A stretch of 64,000 nt of DNA, taken from NCBI RefSeq assembly GCF_048403405.1, contig NZ_CP183129.1, one strand, 5' to 3'. The position numbers and the translations under genes were made by a program. Within the stretch, counting starts at the first letter, position 1. Every line of letters starts with the position of its first letter. Positions 1-7,713 of this stretch are shown here, piece by piece. The notes beneath the pieces were generated by a model. The model made no database searches. It was not told the DNA's origin and worked only from the letters and a program-made list of their open reading frames with translations. The DNA comes from Escherichia coli (GTDB lineage: Bacteria > Pseudomonadota > Gammaproteobacteria > Enterobacterales > Enterobacteriaceae).

Positions 1-158
1 GGTGATAGAAATAACTCACCATCCAGAGTTGAGAATCTCGGGGTGGCGAGACGTACAGGGTTCTCAACACCGGAGAGCAAAGAATCCGGCCCGACCGAAG
101 TCGGCCCCGTACGCCCCGCCATAATTCTGACGCGAAAAAGACGTGGCAATACAGTACG

Positions 159-286
159 CACAAAAAAACCGCTTGCGCGGTTATGCGCTTTGCTCTGTAT
201 CGGGTTGAGAATCCCGGCACCCGTTTTATGAGGTGCAGCGGAAATGTAACCTGACCGATTGAGGCATGGCAAGCGGTTTTTTTGTG
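159..286. repeat. 18-bp perfect inverted repeat pair (CACAAAAAAACCGCTTGC at 159-176, GCAAGCGGTTTTTTTGTG at 269-286) flanking 92 bp
   Basis: Read directly from the sequence; the two arms are exact reverse complements. Confidence 0.7.
160..183 (-). terminator. Terminator-like hairpin on the minus strand (AACCGC-GCAA-GCGGTT followed by T7)
   Basis: 6-bp stem, GCAA loop and a run of 7 T on the minus strand, about 120 nt downstream of the 305..604 ORF. It lies inside an open minus-strand frame, so its function is uncertain. Confidence 0.35.
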
Positions 287-304
287 TGTGCATGTTCTGG
301 TTTC

Positions 305-604
305 TTACTGGTTCAGAAAAAAATCAAAAACGTTATCGATGCGTTGCAGCAGCTCTTGCTGCATTGCTTCCGGCGTTTCCGGTTCGCCAGGTGCCCCCAG
401 CGTTGCGCAGAAATCAGCGATTTCATGATGGAGCGTGAGGCGAATGGCAGGAGCCGTGGTTCTGGCGTGCTCCAGCTGATCCAGCAGTGCCAGCACAGCA
501 GACGGCGAGAGCATTGCGCGAAATGCCAGTAATTTTTGAGGCGTTGCCATTCGTTGCAGGGCAAATGCCAGTTCGCGTAGCTTCTGGTGGTTGATGGTGC
601 TCAT
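305..604 (-). CDS. hypothetical prophage early-operon protein (99 aa)
   Basis: ORF in the early operon; start overlaps the upstream ORF stop by 4 nt (coupled). No recognisable family. Confidence 0.55.
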   Translation of the reverse strand: MSTINHQKLRELAFALQRMATPQKLLAFRAMLSPSAVLALLDQLEHARTTAPAIRLTLHHEIADFCATLGAPGEPETPEAMQQELLQRIDNVFDFFLNQ

Positions 605-846
605 GCTCTGGCTTCCTTCAGTAGCTGGTTAAACATGTTGGTAAGTGGATTGCCGCACCCGAACGGCATCGGGTTTATCTGGTAAGAAAAGCGACCGCCT
701 GTTTTGCGCTCTTTTCTTATGACTGAACCGCTGCGCCAGAGTCGGCGTAACTCCGCATTAATGGCTGTGGTTGGGGTATTCAGTGCTGCGGCGATTTCTC
801 CACCGCTACACCCCGGATTGGCAGCGATATAATCCAGAATGGTCAT
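601..846 (-). CDS. hypothetical prophage early protein (81 aa), possible small DNA-binding protein
   Basis: ORF coupled by 4-nt overlaps on both sides; basic, helix-rich composition. DNA-binding function is a guess. Confidence 0.5.
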   Translation of the reverse strand: MTILDYIAANPGCSGGEIAAALNTPTTAINAELRRLWRSGSVIRKERKTGGRFSYQINPMPFGCGNPLTNMFNQLLKEARA

Positions 847-1046
847 CTGCGTGACTCCTGTACCTGTCGGATAAGGTTCACCTGCACCACATTCGTGGCG
901 CAGAAGTAAGTGCCGTCAGTGAGATAGATGTGATGTGCATCCTTTTCTGAACGGTGTTTGTCGATTGTGGTAATCAGGCGTTCGTCGACTTCGTATTCAC
1001 GTCCTCTGGAGGTAAAACGAACGACAGGAAAATGCTTAATTGCCAT
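843..1046 (-). CDS. hypothetical prophage early protein (67 aa)
   Basis: ORF preceded by a strong Shine-Dalgarno (AAGGAGG) on the minus strand at about 1052-1058. Confidence 0.55.
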   Translation of the reverse strand: MAIKHFPVVRFTSRGREYEVDERLITTIDKHRSEKDAHHIYLTDGTYFCATNVVQVNLIRQVQESRR

Positions 1047-1132
1047 TACGCCTCCTTGGCGTATGCGAATACCTCCGCGAATGCGGATTGTTTTTACATT
1101 TTCTTATTTAACCTGTGGTTTTATTTGCTCTG

Positions 1133-1246
1133 TTATTCGCCAGTGAAAAAGCGTTCAATCTTTTTTACTGAATGAATAATTCGCATAATCCCAATGGCGC
1201 AGGCCACAGAAATAATCAGAACAAGCCATGAGATAAATATACTCAT
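1133..1246 (-). CDS. small hydrophobic peptide (37 aa, MSIFISWLVLIISVACAIGIMRIIHSVKKIERFFTGE), single predicted transmembrane helix
   Basis: Not in the ORF track (<60 aa). Its ATG overlaps the TGA of the upstream 80-aa ORF as ATGA; hydrophobic N-terminal helix then a basic tail. Translated manually from the reverse complement. Confidence 0.45.
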   Translation of the reverse strand: MSIFISWLVLIISVACAIGIMRIIHSVKKIERFFTGE

Positions 1247-1485
1247 GCGATATTCCCCAGCTTATACGGTTCAATATGTTCCCCGCATTCTGCGGCACAG
1301 ATTAGCTCGGAAAGTTCGTTAAGTGCATCCAGATCATCAGCGTAAAAAGCCACGTCATACAGACTCCGGATTGCCCTGGTCAATGAGTCACGGGCTGCAC
1401 GTTCAGCATGAGAGCCTGATGCACTTAAGCGAAAATAAAAACGCTCAAGTGCTTTGTTGATGAGTGTTTTATATTCTTTGCCCAT
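1243..1485 (-). CDS. hypothetical prophage early protein (80 aa)
   Basis: ORF with an AGGGTG Shine-Dalgarno 5 nt upstream; 11-nt gap to the upstream gene. Confidence 0.5.
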   Translation of the reverse strand: MGKEYKTLINKALERFYFRLSASGSHAERAARDSLTRAIRSLYDVAFYADDLDALNELSELICAAECGEHIEPYKLGNIA

Positions 1486-1496
1486 TGCAACACCCT

Positions 1497-1784
1497 TTAA
1501 TCTGCTTTCTGAATTTCAGCTTCTGAATCCATGCAAATAATTTCGATATAGGGTTCATTGCCATTAGCCTGGCGCGCTTTTTCAGCTTTGCTAATGATTT
1601 CTCGTACGGTCTGGTACGGAAGTTCCACAAGCAGTCGCGTGCCGTTCAGATAAACGTAAGTGGCTTCGTCGGCTCCGTTTTTACCCGCCGGAGCCACTCC
1701 ATCAATAGCGGATGCGCGTAATAACAGTTCACCGCGAAAATCAATAAAACGGATAAATACACCTTGTGCATGGTCTTTGGTCAT
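1497..1784 (-). CDS. hypothetical prophage early protein (95 aa; track ORF 1497..1844 trimmed to the internal ATG)
   Basis: The ATG at 1784 has an AGGTG Shine-Dalgarno and avoids a 50-nt overlap with the upstream ORF. The longer start at 1844 is less likely. Confidence 0.5.
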   Translation of the reverse strand: MTKDHAQGVFIRFIDFRGELLLRASAIDGVAPAGKNGADEATYVYLNGTRLLVELPYQTVREIISKAEKARQANGNEPYIEIICMDSEAEIQKAD

Positions 1785-1794
1785 AAAGCACCTG

Positions 1795-2136
1795 TTATAA
1801 ATCAGCCTGTTTAATAAAACTTTGTCCGCGAAGCAGACGATCAACCGTGCGTAGTGCTTCGTATAATGTGAAATCCTGCCCGAACTGATTTTCGCCGCTG
1901 CTTAGAGCAAAAATGCGGTTTCCAGTAAACGGGTTGCGTGGGCATTTGTGGACCACGATTCCAGCTTTCTCAATCAGCCAGGCATGCTCGCCGATTTGTT
2001 TTACTGGGTAGCCATCCGGCGTTGCGTGTGTATCACTCAGGCTGTAGCGGATGTTGCTGCGTGATGCACTGGTAGCGAAACGATTAGCGTGACGTTCAGC
2101 ACCATTACGAAAGCGTGAATTACGTTGCTGTTTCAT
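1795..2136 (-). CDS. hypothetical prophage early protein (113 aa)
   Basis: ORF whose ATG sits 1 nt after the stop of the preceding small ORF (TAAcATG). Confidence 0.55.
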   Translation of the reverse strand: MKQQRNSRFRNGAERHANRFATSASRSNIRYSLSDTHATPDGYPVKQIGEHAWLIEKAGIVVHKCPRNPFTGNRIFALSSGENQFGQDFTLYEALRTVDRLLRGQSFIKQADL

Positions 2137-2137
2137 G

Positions 2138-2245
2138 TTAAAGACTCTGTACAGATTTAATTATTCCGGCATAGCGGCCGAACTCAAAATATTTGCGATT
2201 AAATCGCATCGCATTGTTTTCACGTTGTGCGGACTGCTGGTTCAT
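2138..2245 (-). CDS. small basic peptide (35 aa, MNQQSAQRENNAMRFNRKYFEFGRYAGIIKSVQSL)
   Basis: Not in the ORF track. Its ATG overlaps the TGA of the upstream hydrophobic peptide as ATGA, and its stop is 1 nt before the next gene's ATG. Confidence 0.4.
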   Translation of the reverse strand: MNQQSAQRENNAMRFNRKYFEFGRYAGIIKSVQSL

Positions 2246-2349
2246 TTTCGTTTGCCTCCGCACATGAGAATTACGCCGCTTAAGAGGTAACCGAAGTTAA
2301 TTGATAGTATTACAATTAACATAAGGTCCAATTTGTCCATGCCACACAT
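2242..2349 (-). CDS. small hydrophobic membrane peptide (35 aa, MCGMDKLDLMLIVILSINFGYLLSGVILMCGGKRK)
   Basis: Not in the ORF track. A GAGGG Shine-Dalgarno sits 6 nt upstream of the ATG at 2349 (alternative in-frame ATG at 2361 and 2340). One hydrophobic helix followed by a basic KRK tail. Confidence 0.45.
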   Translation of the reverse strand: MCGMDKLDLMLIVILSINFGYLLSGVILMCGGKRK

Positions 2350-2388
2350 AATTACCCTCATTGCAGTAGTTGTGGTTTATCAGGTTTC

Positions 2389-2595
2389 TCACCCGATAAA
2401 CCAGATAACAAACGCTATAAACATCGCCCCAATAGCTGCCGGGAAAAGCCCTTTGGTATAAGCGGCGATATATTCAATGCTGAGTTCAATAAAGCGTTCT
2501 TCATGTCCCGTTAACTTACGAAACAAATAGATCGCTATTACGCCTATCTCAATAAAAACAAGGGTCAGAATGGCGCTGATGATATGGCTGGTCAT
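2389..2595 (-). CDS. small predicted two-helix membrane protein (68 aa) immediately downstream of cox
   Basis: ORF starting 6 nt after the Cox stop; two hydrophobic segments separated by a charged loop. Confidence 0.55.
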   Translation of the reverse strand: MTSHIISAILTLVFIEIGVIAIYLFRKLTGHEERFIELSIEYIAAYTKGLFPAAIGAMFIAFVIWFIG

Positions 2596-2601
2596 TTATG
2601 A

Positions 2602-2889
2602 CTAAAGCCCCAGCCACAACAACCATGCATCGCGGCGTTCTTTCGGTTGCTCAAAAAACGCTTTGCGCATGCCTTCGTTAAATGCTGGCAGATATACCCA
2701 GTTTTCTGATGCACGCGTCTTTACTGAACCTGGTTTCACAAAGTCAATTGTCGGTAGCTTTGCTGCGTCAATCATGGTTCTGACTGTGGATTCCTTGCGG
2801 CCGATCATCTTGGCGAATAGTTGATATGGCACCGCTTCAAGTGGATATGGTGCTACCTGAATGAAGCCCCCAAGCTCTGATTCGCTCAT
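2602..2889 (-). CDS. P2 Cox-like protein (excisionase / early-promoter repressor), 95 aa
   Basis: Recognisable similarity to phage P2 Cox (e.g. WVYLPA and WL.WLGL motifs) and divergent position next to the C-like repressor. Confidence 0.8.
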   Translation of the reverse strand: MSESELGGFIQVAPYPLEAVPYQLFAKMIGRKESTVRTMIDAAKLPTIDFVKPGSVKTRASENWVYLPAFNEGMRKAFFEQPKERRDAWLLWLGL

Positions 2890-2911
2890 TGTGGTAATCT
2901 CCCTAATTCGT

Positions 2912-2947
2912 TCGAATGGCTCAAAATGGCTTATATCGGCTTATTTG
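2912..2947. promoter_or_regulatory. three 10-bp-phased direct repeats (GGCTCAAAAT, GGCTTATATC, GGCTTATTTG) in the C/cox intergenic region: candidate operators
   Basis: GGCT recurs at 2918, 2928 and 2938. P2-type C repressors are known to bind direct repeats, so these are plausible operators; this is not demonstrated. Confidence 0.4.
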
Positions 2948-3002
2948 AGTGTTTTTATGTTTGTGCCCGATGTGGCATGTTGCGATGGAGGATATGCCCG
3001 AT

Positions 3003-3323
3003 ATGGCATCTTTGTCAAGCATGGGTGAAAAATTTCGCCTGATTCGTGAAGCAGAAGGTATGACCCGCCAGGAGTTTGCGGATTGTGTTGGGCTGCCTTA
3101 TGGGACGGTAACTAACTATGAGGTGAGGGGGAAGCAAGTAACAGAGGGTGCCTTACTTAAGGTTACGAAACACCCTAAATTTAAGAAATATGCTTATTGG
3201 TTATCAACAGATGAAACGATGCCGGAGGTTGGGCAAATTTCTCCGGCTCTCTCTCTTGATGGTTCCTGCAATTCGGAGGGAGATCGTGTTTCAACCGAAA
3301 CAATCCAAAAATTATCCCGCTGA
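3003..3323 (+). CDS. P2 C-like immunity repressor (HTH), about 106 aa
   Basis: Track ORF 2949..3323 trimmed to the ATG at 3003 (GGAGGA Shine-Dalgarno upstream). HTH region and C-terminal tail resemble P2 C (GLPYGT.., KYAYWL.., GQISPAL). Confidence 0.8.
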   Translation: MASLSSMGEKFRLIREAEGMTRQEFADCVGLPYGTVTNYEVRGKQVTEGALLKVTKHPKFKKYAYWLSTDETMPEVGQISPALSLDGSCNSEGDRVSTETIQKLSR

Positions 3324-3419
3324 GGCCAGAAAACTGGTTAGACCTGCTTTTTGTCTGGTCTGATTATTGCTGGAAAGAGGCTGGAGAAATTGTAGAGCGG
3401 TTCATTGGAGGGCTTCGCA

Positions 3420-4424
3420 ATGTCGATTAAGAAGCTCGAAGATGGTCGTTATTTGCTGGACATCAGGCCGAACGGACGCAAGGGAAAGCGCGTGCGTAAG
3501 GTATTTGACAAAAAATCGGTAGCGGTGGCCACTGAACGCTACATCATGGCGAACGCTGAAAAGCGGGAATATATACAGGGCTACCGTGATCGTCGAACGC
3601 TAAATGATTTGCTTGAGTTGTGGTGGATGTATCACGGCCAGCACAGGCGTAAGGCAGAAGAAGACCGAAAACAACTGCGCAACATAATCAATGAGCTTGG
3701 CGCTGATATGCAGGCTGTGGATCTTGATAAGCTAAAAATTATCGCGTGGCGTTCTCAAAAGATAGCTGATGGATTGAAACCGTCATCTGCTAACAGATAC
3801 ATGAATCGGTTATCCGGAATGTTTACCGTACTGAAGAAAATAGGCCTCTGGGATGCAGAACATCCGGTAAGGGGAATTTCTATTCTTTATGTATCTCCAC
3901 GAGAAATGGCTTTCCTGTCCCAGAAGGAAGTGGCGTTATTGCTCGATACACTGGAGGGCGATTACTGGCGTGTTGCGCTTTTGTGTTTAAGCACGGGGGC
4001 GCGCTGGAGTGAAGCCTGTAAGCTTCGTGGTGAACAGATAGTTCATAACCGTGTAACGTTTCTTGAAACCAAAAATGGCCGAAAGAGAACAGTGCCAATT
4101 TCGCAGGCAGTTTGTGAGGCGATCAAAACCAGAGAAACAGGCGGCTTGTTTGAGGTGAAGTACCGGGAATTCTGCTTGGCGCTGAAAAGAGTTAAGCCCG
4201 ATTTGCCAAAAGGCCAGGCTGCACATGTGCTGCGGCATACGTTCGCCAGCCATTTTGTGATGAACGGAGGAAACATTATTGCGCTTCAGAAGATTCTTGG
4301 CCACGCAACCATTCAGCAAACAATGGCATATGCACATTTTGCACCGGATTACCTGCAGGATGCGGTGGCCCTTAATCCGCTGAAAGGTGGCGTGAGTGTC
4401 CACGCAGTGTCCACGGGGGATTAA
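3420..4424 (+). CDS. int: P2-family tyrosine integrase (334 aa)
   Basis: Strong similarity to P2 Int across its length (MSIKKLEDGRY.., LCLSTGARWSEA, IVHNRVTF, HVLRHTFASHF, YAHFAPDYLQDA). Start taken at the ATG at 3420, 7 nt after GGAGGG. Confidence 0.9.
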   Translation: MSIKKLEDGRYLLDIRPNGRKGKRVRKVFDKKSVAVATERYIMANAEKREYIQGYRDRRTLNDLLELWWMYHGQHRRKAEEDRKQLRNIINELGADMQAVDLDKLKIIAWRSQKIADGLKPSSANRYMNRLSGMFTVLKKIGLWDAEHPVRGISILYVSPREMAFLSQKEVALLLDTLEGDYWRVALLCLSTGARWSEACKLRGEQIVHNRVTFLETKNGRKRTVPISQAVCEAIKTRETGGLFEVKYREFCLALKRVKPDLPKGQAAHVLRHTFASHFVMNGGNIIALQKILGHATIQQTMAYAHFAPDYLQDAVALNPLKGGVSVHAVSTGD

Positions 4425-4451
4425 TTTTATATAGCCTGAAACGGCTTAAAG

Positions 4452-4486
4452 GGCGATACTGAATAACAATTTTTCAGTATTGCCCG
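4452..4486. repeat. imperfect 13-bp inverted repeat (GGGCGATACTGAA ... TTCAGTATTGCCC) in the int-pdxB junction
   Basis: Read from the sequence; one mismatch. Could be an int terminator or an att-associated site. Confidence 0.4.
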
Positions 4487-4582
4487 TCTAAATGGTTATG
4501 TTGTTATCTGTATGATTATGAATGTTTTTTCAGATTAAACAGCAGTTTGCAAATGGGCGTTTGTTAATAAAGGAGCCTTAGA

Positions 4583-5740
4583 TTGTCAGAGACTGAAAAA
4601 TGGTTAAAAATCCTTGTTGATGAAAATATGCCTTATGCCCGCGACTTATTTAGCCGTTTGGGTGAGGTGACCGCGGTTCCCGGGCGTCCAATTCCCGTGG
4701 CTCAACTGGCAGACGCGGATGCGATGATGGTGCGTTCGGTCACGAAAGTGAATGAATCTTTGCTGGCAGGAAAACCCATTAAATTTGTTGGCACTGCCAC
4801 CGCGGGGACCGACCATGTCGATGAAGCGTGGTTAAAGCAGGCGGGAATTGGTTTTTCCGCGGCACCTGGCTGTAATGCGATTGCGGTGGTGGAATATGTT
4901 TTCTCCTCACTGCTGATGCTTGCCGAACGCGATGGATTTTCACTGCACGAGCGTACCGTGGGGATCGTGGGCGTTGGTAACGTTGGTCGCCGTTTACAGG
5001 CGCGACTGGAAGCGTTAGGGATTACAACCTTGCTTTGCGATCCGCCCCGCGCCGACCGTGGGGATGAGGGGGATTTCCGCTCGCTGGATGAATTAGTTCA
5101 GCATGCGGATATTCTGACTTTCCATACGCCACTCTTTAAAGATGGTCCGTACAAAACGCTGCATCTGGCGGATGAAAAACTGATCCGCAGCCTGAAGCCG
5201 GGAGCGATTCTGATTAACGCCTGCCGTGGCGCAGTTGTCGATAATACCGCCCTGCTGACCTGCCTGAACGAAGGCCAGAAGTTAAGCGTAGTGCTGGATG
5301 TCTGGGAAGGCGAACCGGAACTTAACGTGGAATTGCTGAAAAAAGTGGATATCGGCACGCCGCATATCGCAGGCTATACCCTGGAAGGTAAAGCACGCGG
5401 TACTACGCAAGTGTTTGAAGCTTATAGCAAGTTTATTGGGCATGAACAGCACGTTGCGCTGGATACATTACTGCCCGCGCCAGAGTTTGGTCGCATTACG
5501 CTGCATGGCCCGCTCGATCAGCCAACGCTGAAAAGGCTGGTGCATTTGGTGTATGATGTGCGCCGCGATGACGCACCGCTGCGTAAAGTCGCCGGGATAC
5601 CGGGTGAGTTCGATAAACTGCGCAAAAACTATCTTGAGCGCCGTGAATGGTCATCTCTGTATGTGATTTGTGATGACGCCAGCGCGGCATCATTGCTGTG
5701 TAAACTGGGTTTTAACGCCGTTCATCATCCGGCACGTTAA
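4583..5740 (+). CDS. pdxB: erythronate-4-phosphate dehydrogenase
   Basis: Translation matches E. coli PdxB. The TTG at 4583 is 7 nt after an AGGAG Shine-Dalgarno; the exact start is uncertain. Confidence 0.93.
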   Translation: MSETEKWLKILVDENMPYARDLFSRLGEVTAVPGRPIPVAQLADADAMMVRSVTKVNESLLAGKPIKFVGTATAGTDHVDEAWLKQAGIGFSAAPGCNAIAVVEYVFSSLLMLAERDGFSLHERTVGIVGVGNVGRRLQARLEALGITTLLCDPPRADRGDEGDFRSLDELVQHADILTFHTPLFKDGPYKTLHLADEKLIRSLKPGAILINACRGAVVDNTALLTCLNEGQKLSVVLDVWEGEPELNVELLKKVDIGTPHIAGYTLEGKARGTTQVFEAYSKFIGHEQHVALDTLLPAPEFGRITLHGPLDQPTLKRLVHLVYDVRRDDAPLRKVAGIPGEFDKLRKNYLERREWSSLYVICDDASAASLLCKLGFNAVHHPAR

Positions 5741-5805
5741 TCTCTTCTTCATGCTCTCTGCTGTAATATTGGCAGGGAGCTTTGCTATTTCTGGAGTAAA
5801 CCACC

Positions 5806-6819
5806 ATGTCTGAAGGCTGGAACATTGCCGTCCTGGGCGCAACTGGCGCTGTGGGCGAAGCCCTGCTTGAAACGCTGGCTGAACGTCAGTTCCCGGTTGG
5901 GGAAATTTATGCACTGGCACGTAACGAAAGCGCAGGCGAACAACTGCGCTTTGGTGGTAAGACAATCACCGTGCAGGATGCTGCTGAATTCGACTGGACG
6001 CAGGCGCAGCTGGCGTTTTTTGTCGCAGGCAAAGAAGCTACCGCTGCCTGGGTTGAAGAAGCGACCAACTCAGGTTGTCTGGTGATCGACAGCAGCGGAT
6101 TGTTTGCTCTCGAACCTGACGTACCGCTGGTGGTGCCGGAAGTAAACCCGTTTGTACTGACCGATTACCGCAACCGGAATGTCATCGCCGTACCGGACAG
6201 TCTGACCAGCCAACTGCTGGCGGCACTGAAACCGTTAATCGATCAGGGCGGTTTGTCGCGTATCAGCGTTACCAGCCTGATTTCAGCCTCCGCCCAGGGC
6301 AAAAAAGCGGTCGATGCGTTAGCGGGGCAGAGTGCGAAATTACTCAATGGCATTCCGATTGACGAAGAAGATTTCTTCGGGCGTCAGCTGGCGTTCAACA
6401 TGCTGCCGTTACTGCCGGATAGCGAAGGTAGCGTGCGTGAAGAACGTCGTATCGTTGACGAAGTACGCAAAATCCTGCAGGACGAAGGGCTGATGATTTC
6501 GGCAAGCGTCGTCCAGGCACCGGTATTCTACGGTCATGCCCAGATGGTCAACTTTGAAGCACTGCGTCCGCTGGCAGCAGAAGAAGCGCGTGATGCGTTT
6601 GCTCAGGGCGAAGATATTGTGCTCTCTGAAGAGAACGAATTCCCGACTCAGGTGGGGGATGCTTCTGGTACGCCGCATCTTTCCGTTGGCTGCGTACGTA
6701 ATGACTACGGTATGCCGGAGCAAGTTCAGTTCTGGTCGGTGGCCGATAACGTTCGCTTTGGCGGCGCGCTGATGGCAGTAAAAATCGCCGAGAAACTGGT
6801 GCAGGAGTATCTGTACTAA
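5806..6819 (+). CDS. usg: USG-1 protein (aspartate-semialdehyde dehydrogenase homolog)
   Basis: 337-aa ORF, conserved pdxB-usg-truA order. Confidence 0.92.
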   Translation: MSEGWNIAVLGATGAVGEALLETLAERQFPVGEIYALARNESAGEQLRFGGKTITVQDAAEFDWTQAQLAFFVAGKEATAAWVEEATNSGCLVIDSSGLFALEPDVPLVVPEVNPFVLTDYRNRNVIAVPDSLTSQLLAALKPLIDQGGLSRISVTSLISASAQGKKAVDALAGQSAKLLNGIPIDEEDFFGRQLAFNMLPLLPDSEGSVREERRIVDEVRKILQDEGLMISASVVQAPVFYGHAQMVNFEALRPLAAEEARDAFAQGEDIVLSEENEFPTQVGDASGTPHLSVGCVRNDYGMPEQVQFWSVADNVRFGGALMAVKIAEKLVQEYLY

Positions 6820-7631
6820 TGTCCGACCAGCAACAACCGCCAGTTTATAAAATTGCGCTGGGCATTGAGTACGACGGCAGTAAGTATTACGGCTGGCAAC
6901 GGCAGAACGAAGTCCGCAGTGTGCAGGAGAAGCTGGAAAAGGCGCTCTCCCAGGTGGCGAACGAACCGATCACCGTCTTCTGCGCCGGGCGTACTGACGC
7001 AGGTGTACACGGCACCGGGCAGGTTGTGCATTTCGAAACGACCGCGCAGCGCAAAGACGCTGCGTGGACGTTGGGCGTAAATGCGAATTTACCTGGTGAC
7101 ATCGCCGTGCGTTGGGTTAAAGCTGTACCTGATGATTTTCATGCCCGATTTAGCGCCACGGCTCGCCGTTATCGCTACATCATCTACAATCATCGGCTGC
7201 GCCCGGCGGTATTGAGTAAAGGGGTAACCCATTTTTACGAACCGCTGGACGCTGAACGGATGCATCGGGCCGCGCAATGCTTGCTGGGCGAGAATGATTT
7301 CACCTCGTTCCGTGCGGTGCAGTGCCAGTCCCGAACCCCGTGGCGCAACGTTATGCATATTAATGTCACGCGTCACGGTCCTTATGTGGTGGTAGATATC
7401 AAAGCGAATGCCTTTGTACATCATATGGTCAGGAATATTGTCGGCAGCCTGATGGAAGTCGGTGCCCACAACCAGCCGGAGAGCTGGATAGCAGAGTTGC
7501 TGGCGGCAAAGGACAGAACGCTGGCGGCAGCAACGGCAAAAGCGGAAGGGCTGTATCTGGTCGCGGTGGATTACCCTGACCGGTATGATCTTCCAAAACC
7601 GCCAATGGGCCCGCTATTTCTGGCGGACTAA
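6819..7631 (+). CDS. truA: tRNA pseudouridine(38-40) synthase
   Basis: 270-aa ORF overlapping the usg stop; matches TruA. Confidence 0.93.
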   Translation: MSDQQQPPVYKIALGIEYDGSKYYGWQRQNEVRSVQEKLEKALSQVANEPITVFCAGRTDAGVHGTGQVVHFETTAQRKDAAWTLGVNANLPGDIAVRWVKAVPDDFHARFSATARRYRYIIYNHRLRPAVLSKGVTHFYEPLDAERMHRAAQCLLGENDFTSFRAVQCQSRTPWRNVMHINVTRHGPYVVVDIKANAFVHHMVRNIVGSLMEVGAHNQPESWIAELLAAKDRTLAAATAKAEGLYLVAVDYPDRYDLPKPPMGPLFLAD

Positions 7632-7713
7632 CAAGAATAATGCTCGGAACATTTCAGGCTGTAGCCAACGTAGTTACAGCCTGAAAGATGACGAGTACAA
7701 GGCATAGGCTAAT

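Larger units (their letters stand above)
1..4430. mobile_element. P2-family prophage, integrase/immunity/early-operon end; remainder lies beyond the window start
   Basis: Int, C-like repressor and Cox-like protein recognisably homologous to phage P2 Int, C and Cox, in P2 prophage order (att-int-C, divergent cox plus early operon). No flk-like gene is present upstream of pdxB as expected from K-12. Confidence 0.8.

Noticed and set aside
43-231. 62-aa plus-strand ORF at the window start
   Set aside because: No Shine-Dalgarno, Arg/Pro-rich, and it overlaps the inverted-repeat and terminator structure; more likely noncoding or antisense to a minus-strand frame.
1785-1844. Longer start for the 95-aa early ORF
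   Set aside because: It would overlap the upstream ORF by 50 nt; the internal ATG at 1784 has a proper Shine-Dalgarno and a 10-nt intergenic gap.
4425-4582. tRNA gene as the integration target next to the integrase
   Set aside because: No tRNA-like cloverleaf or conserved tRNA sequence is present; the insertion appears to be intergenic, upstream of pdxB.
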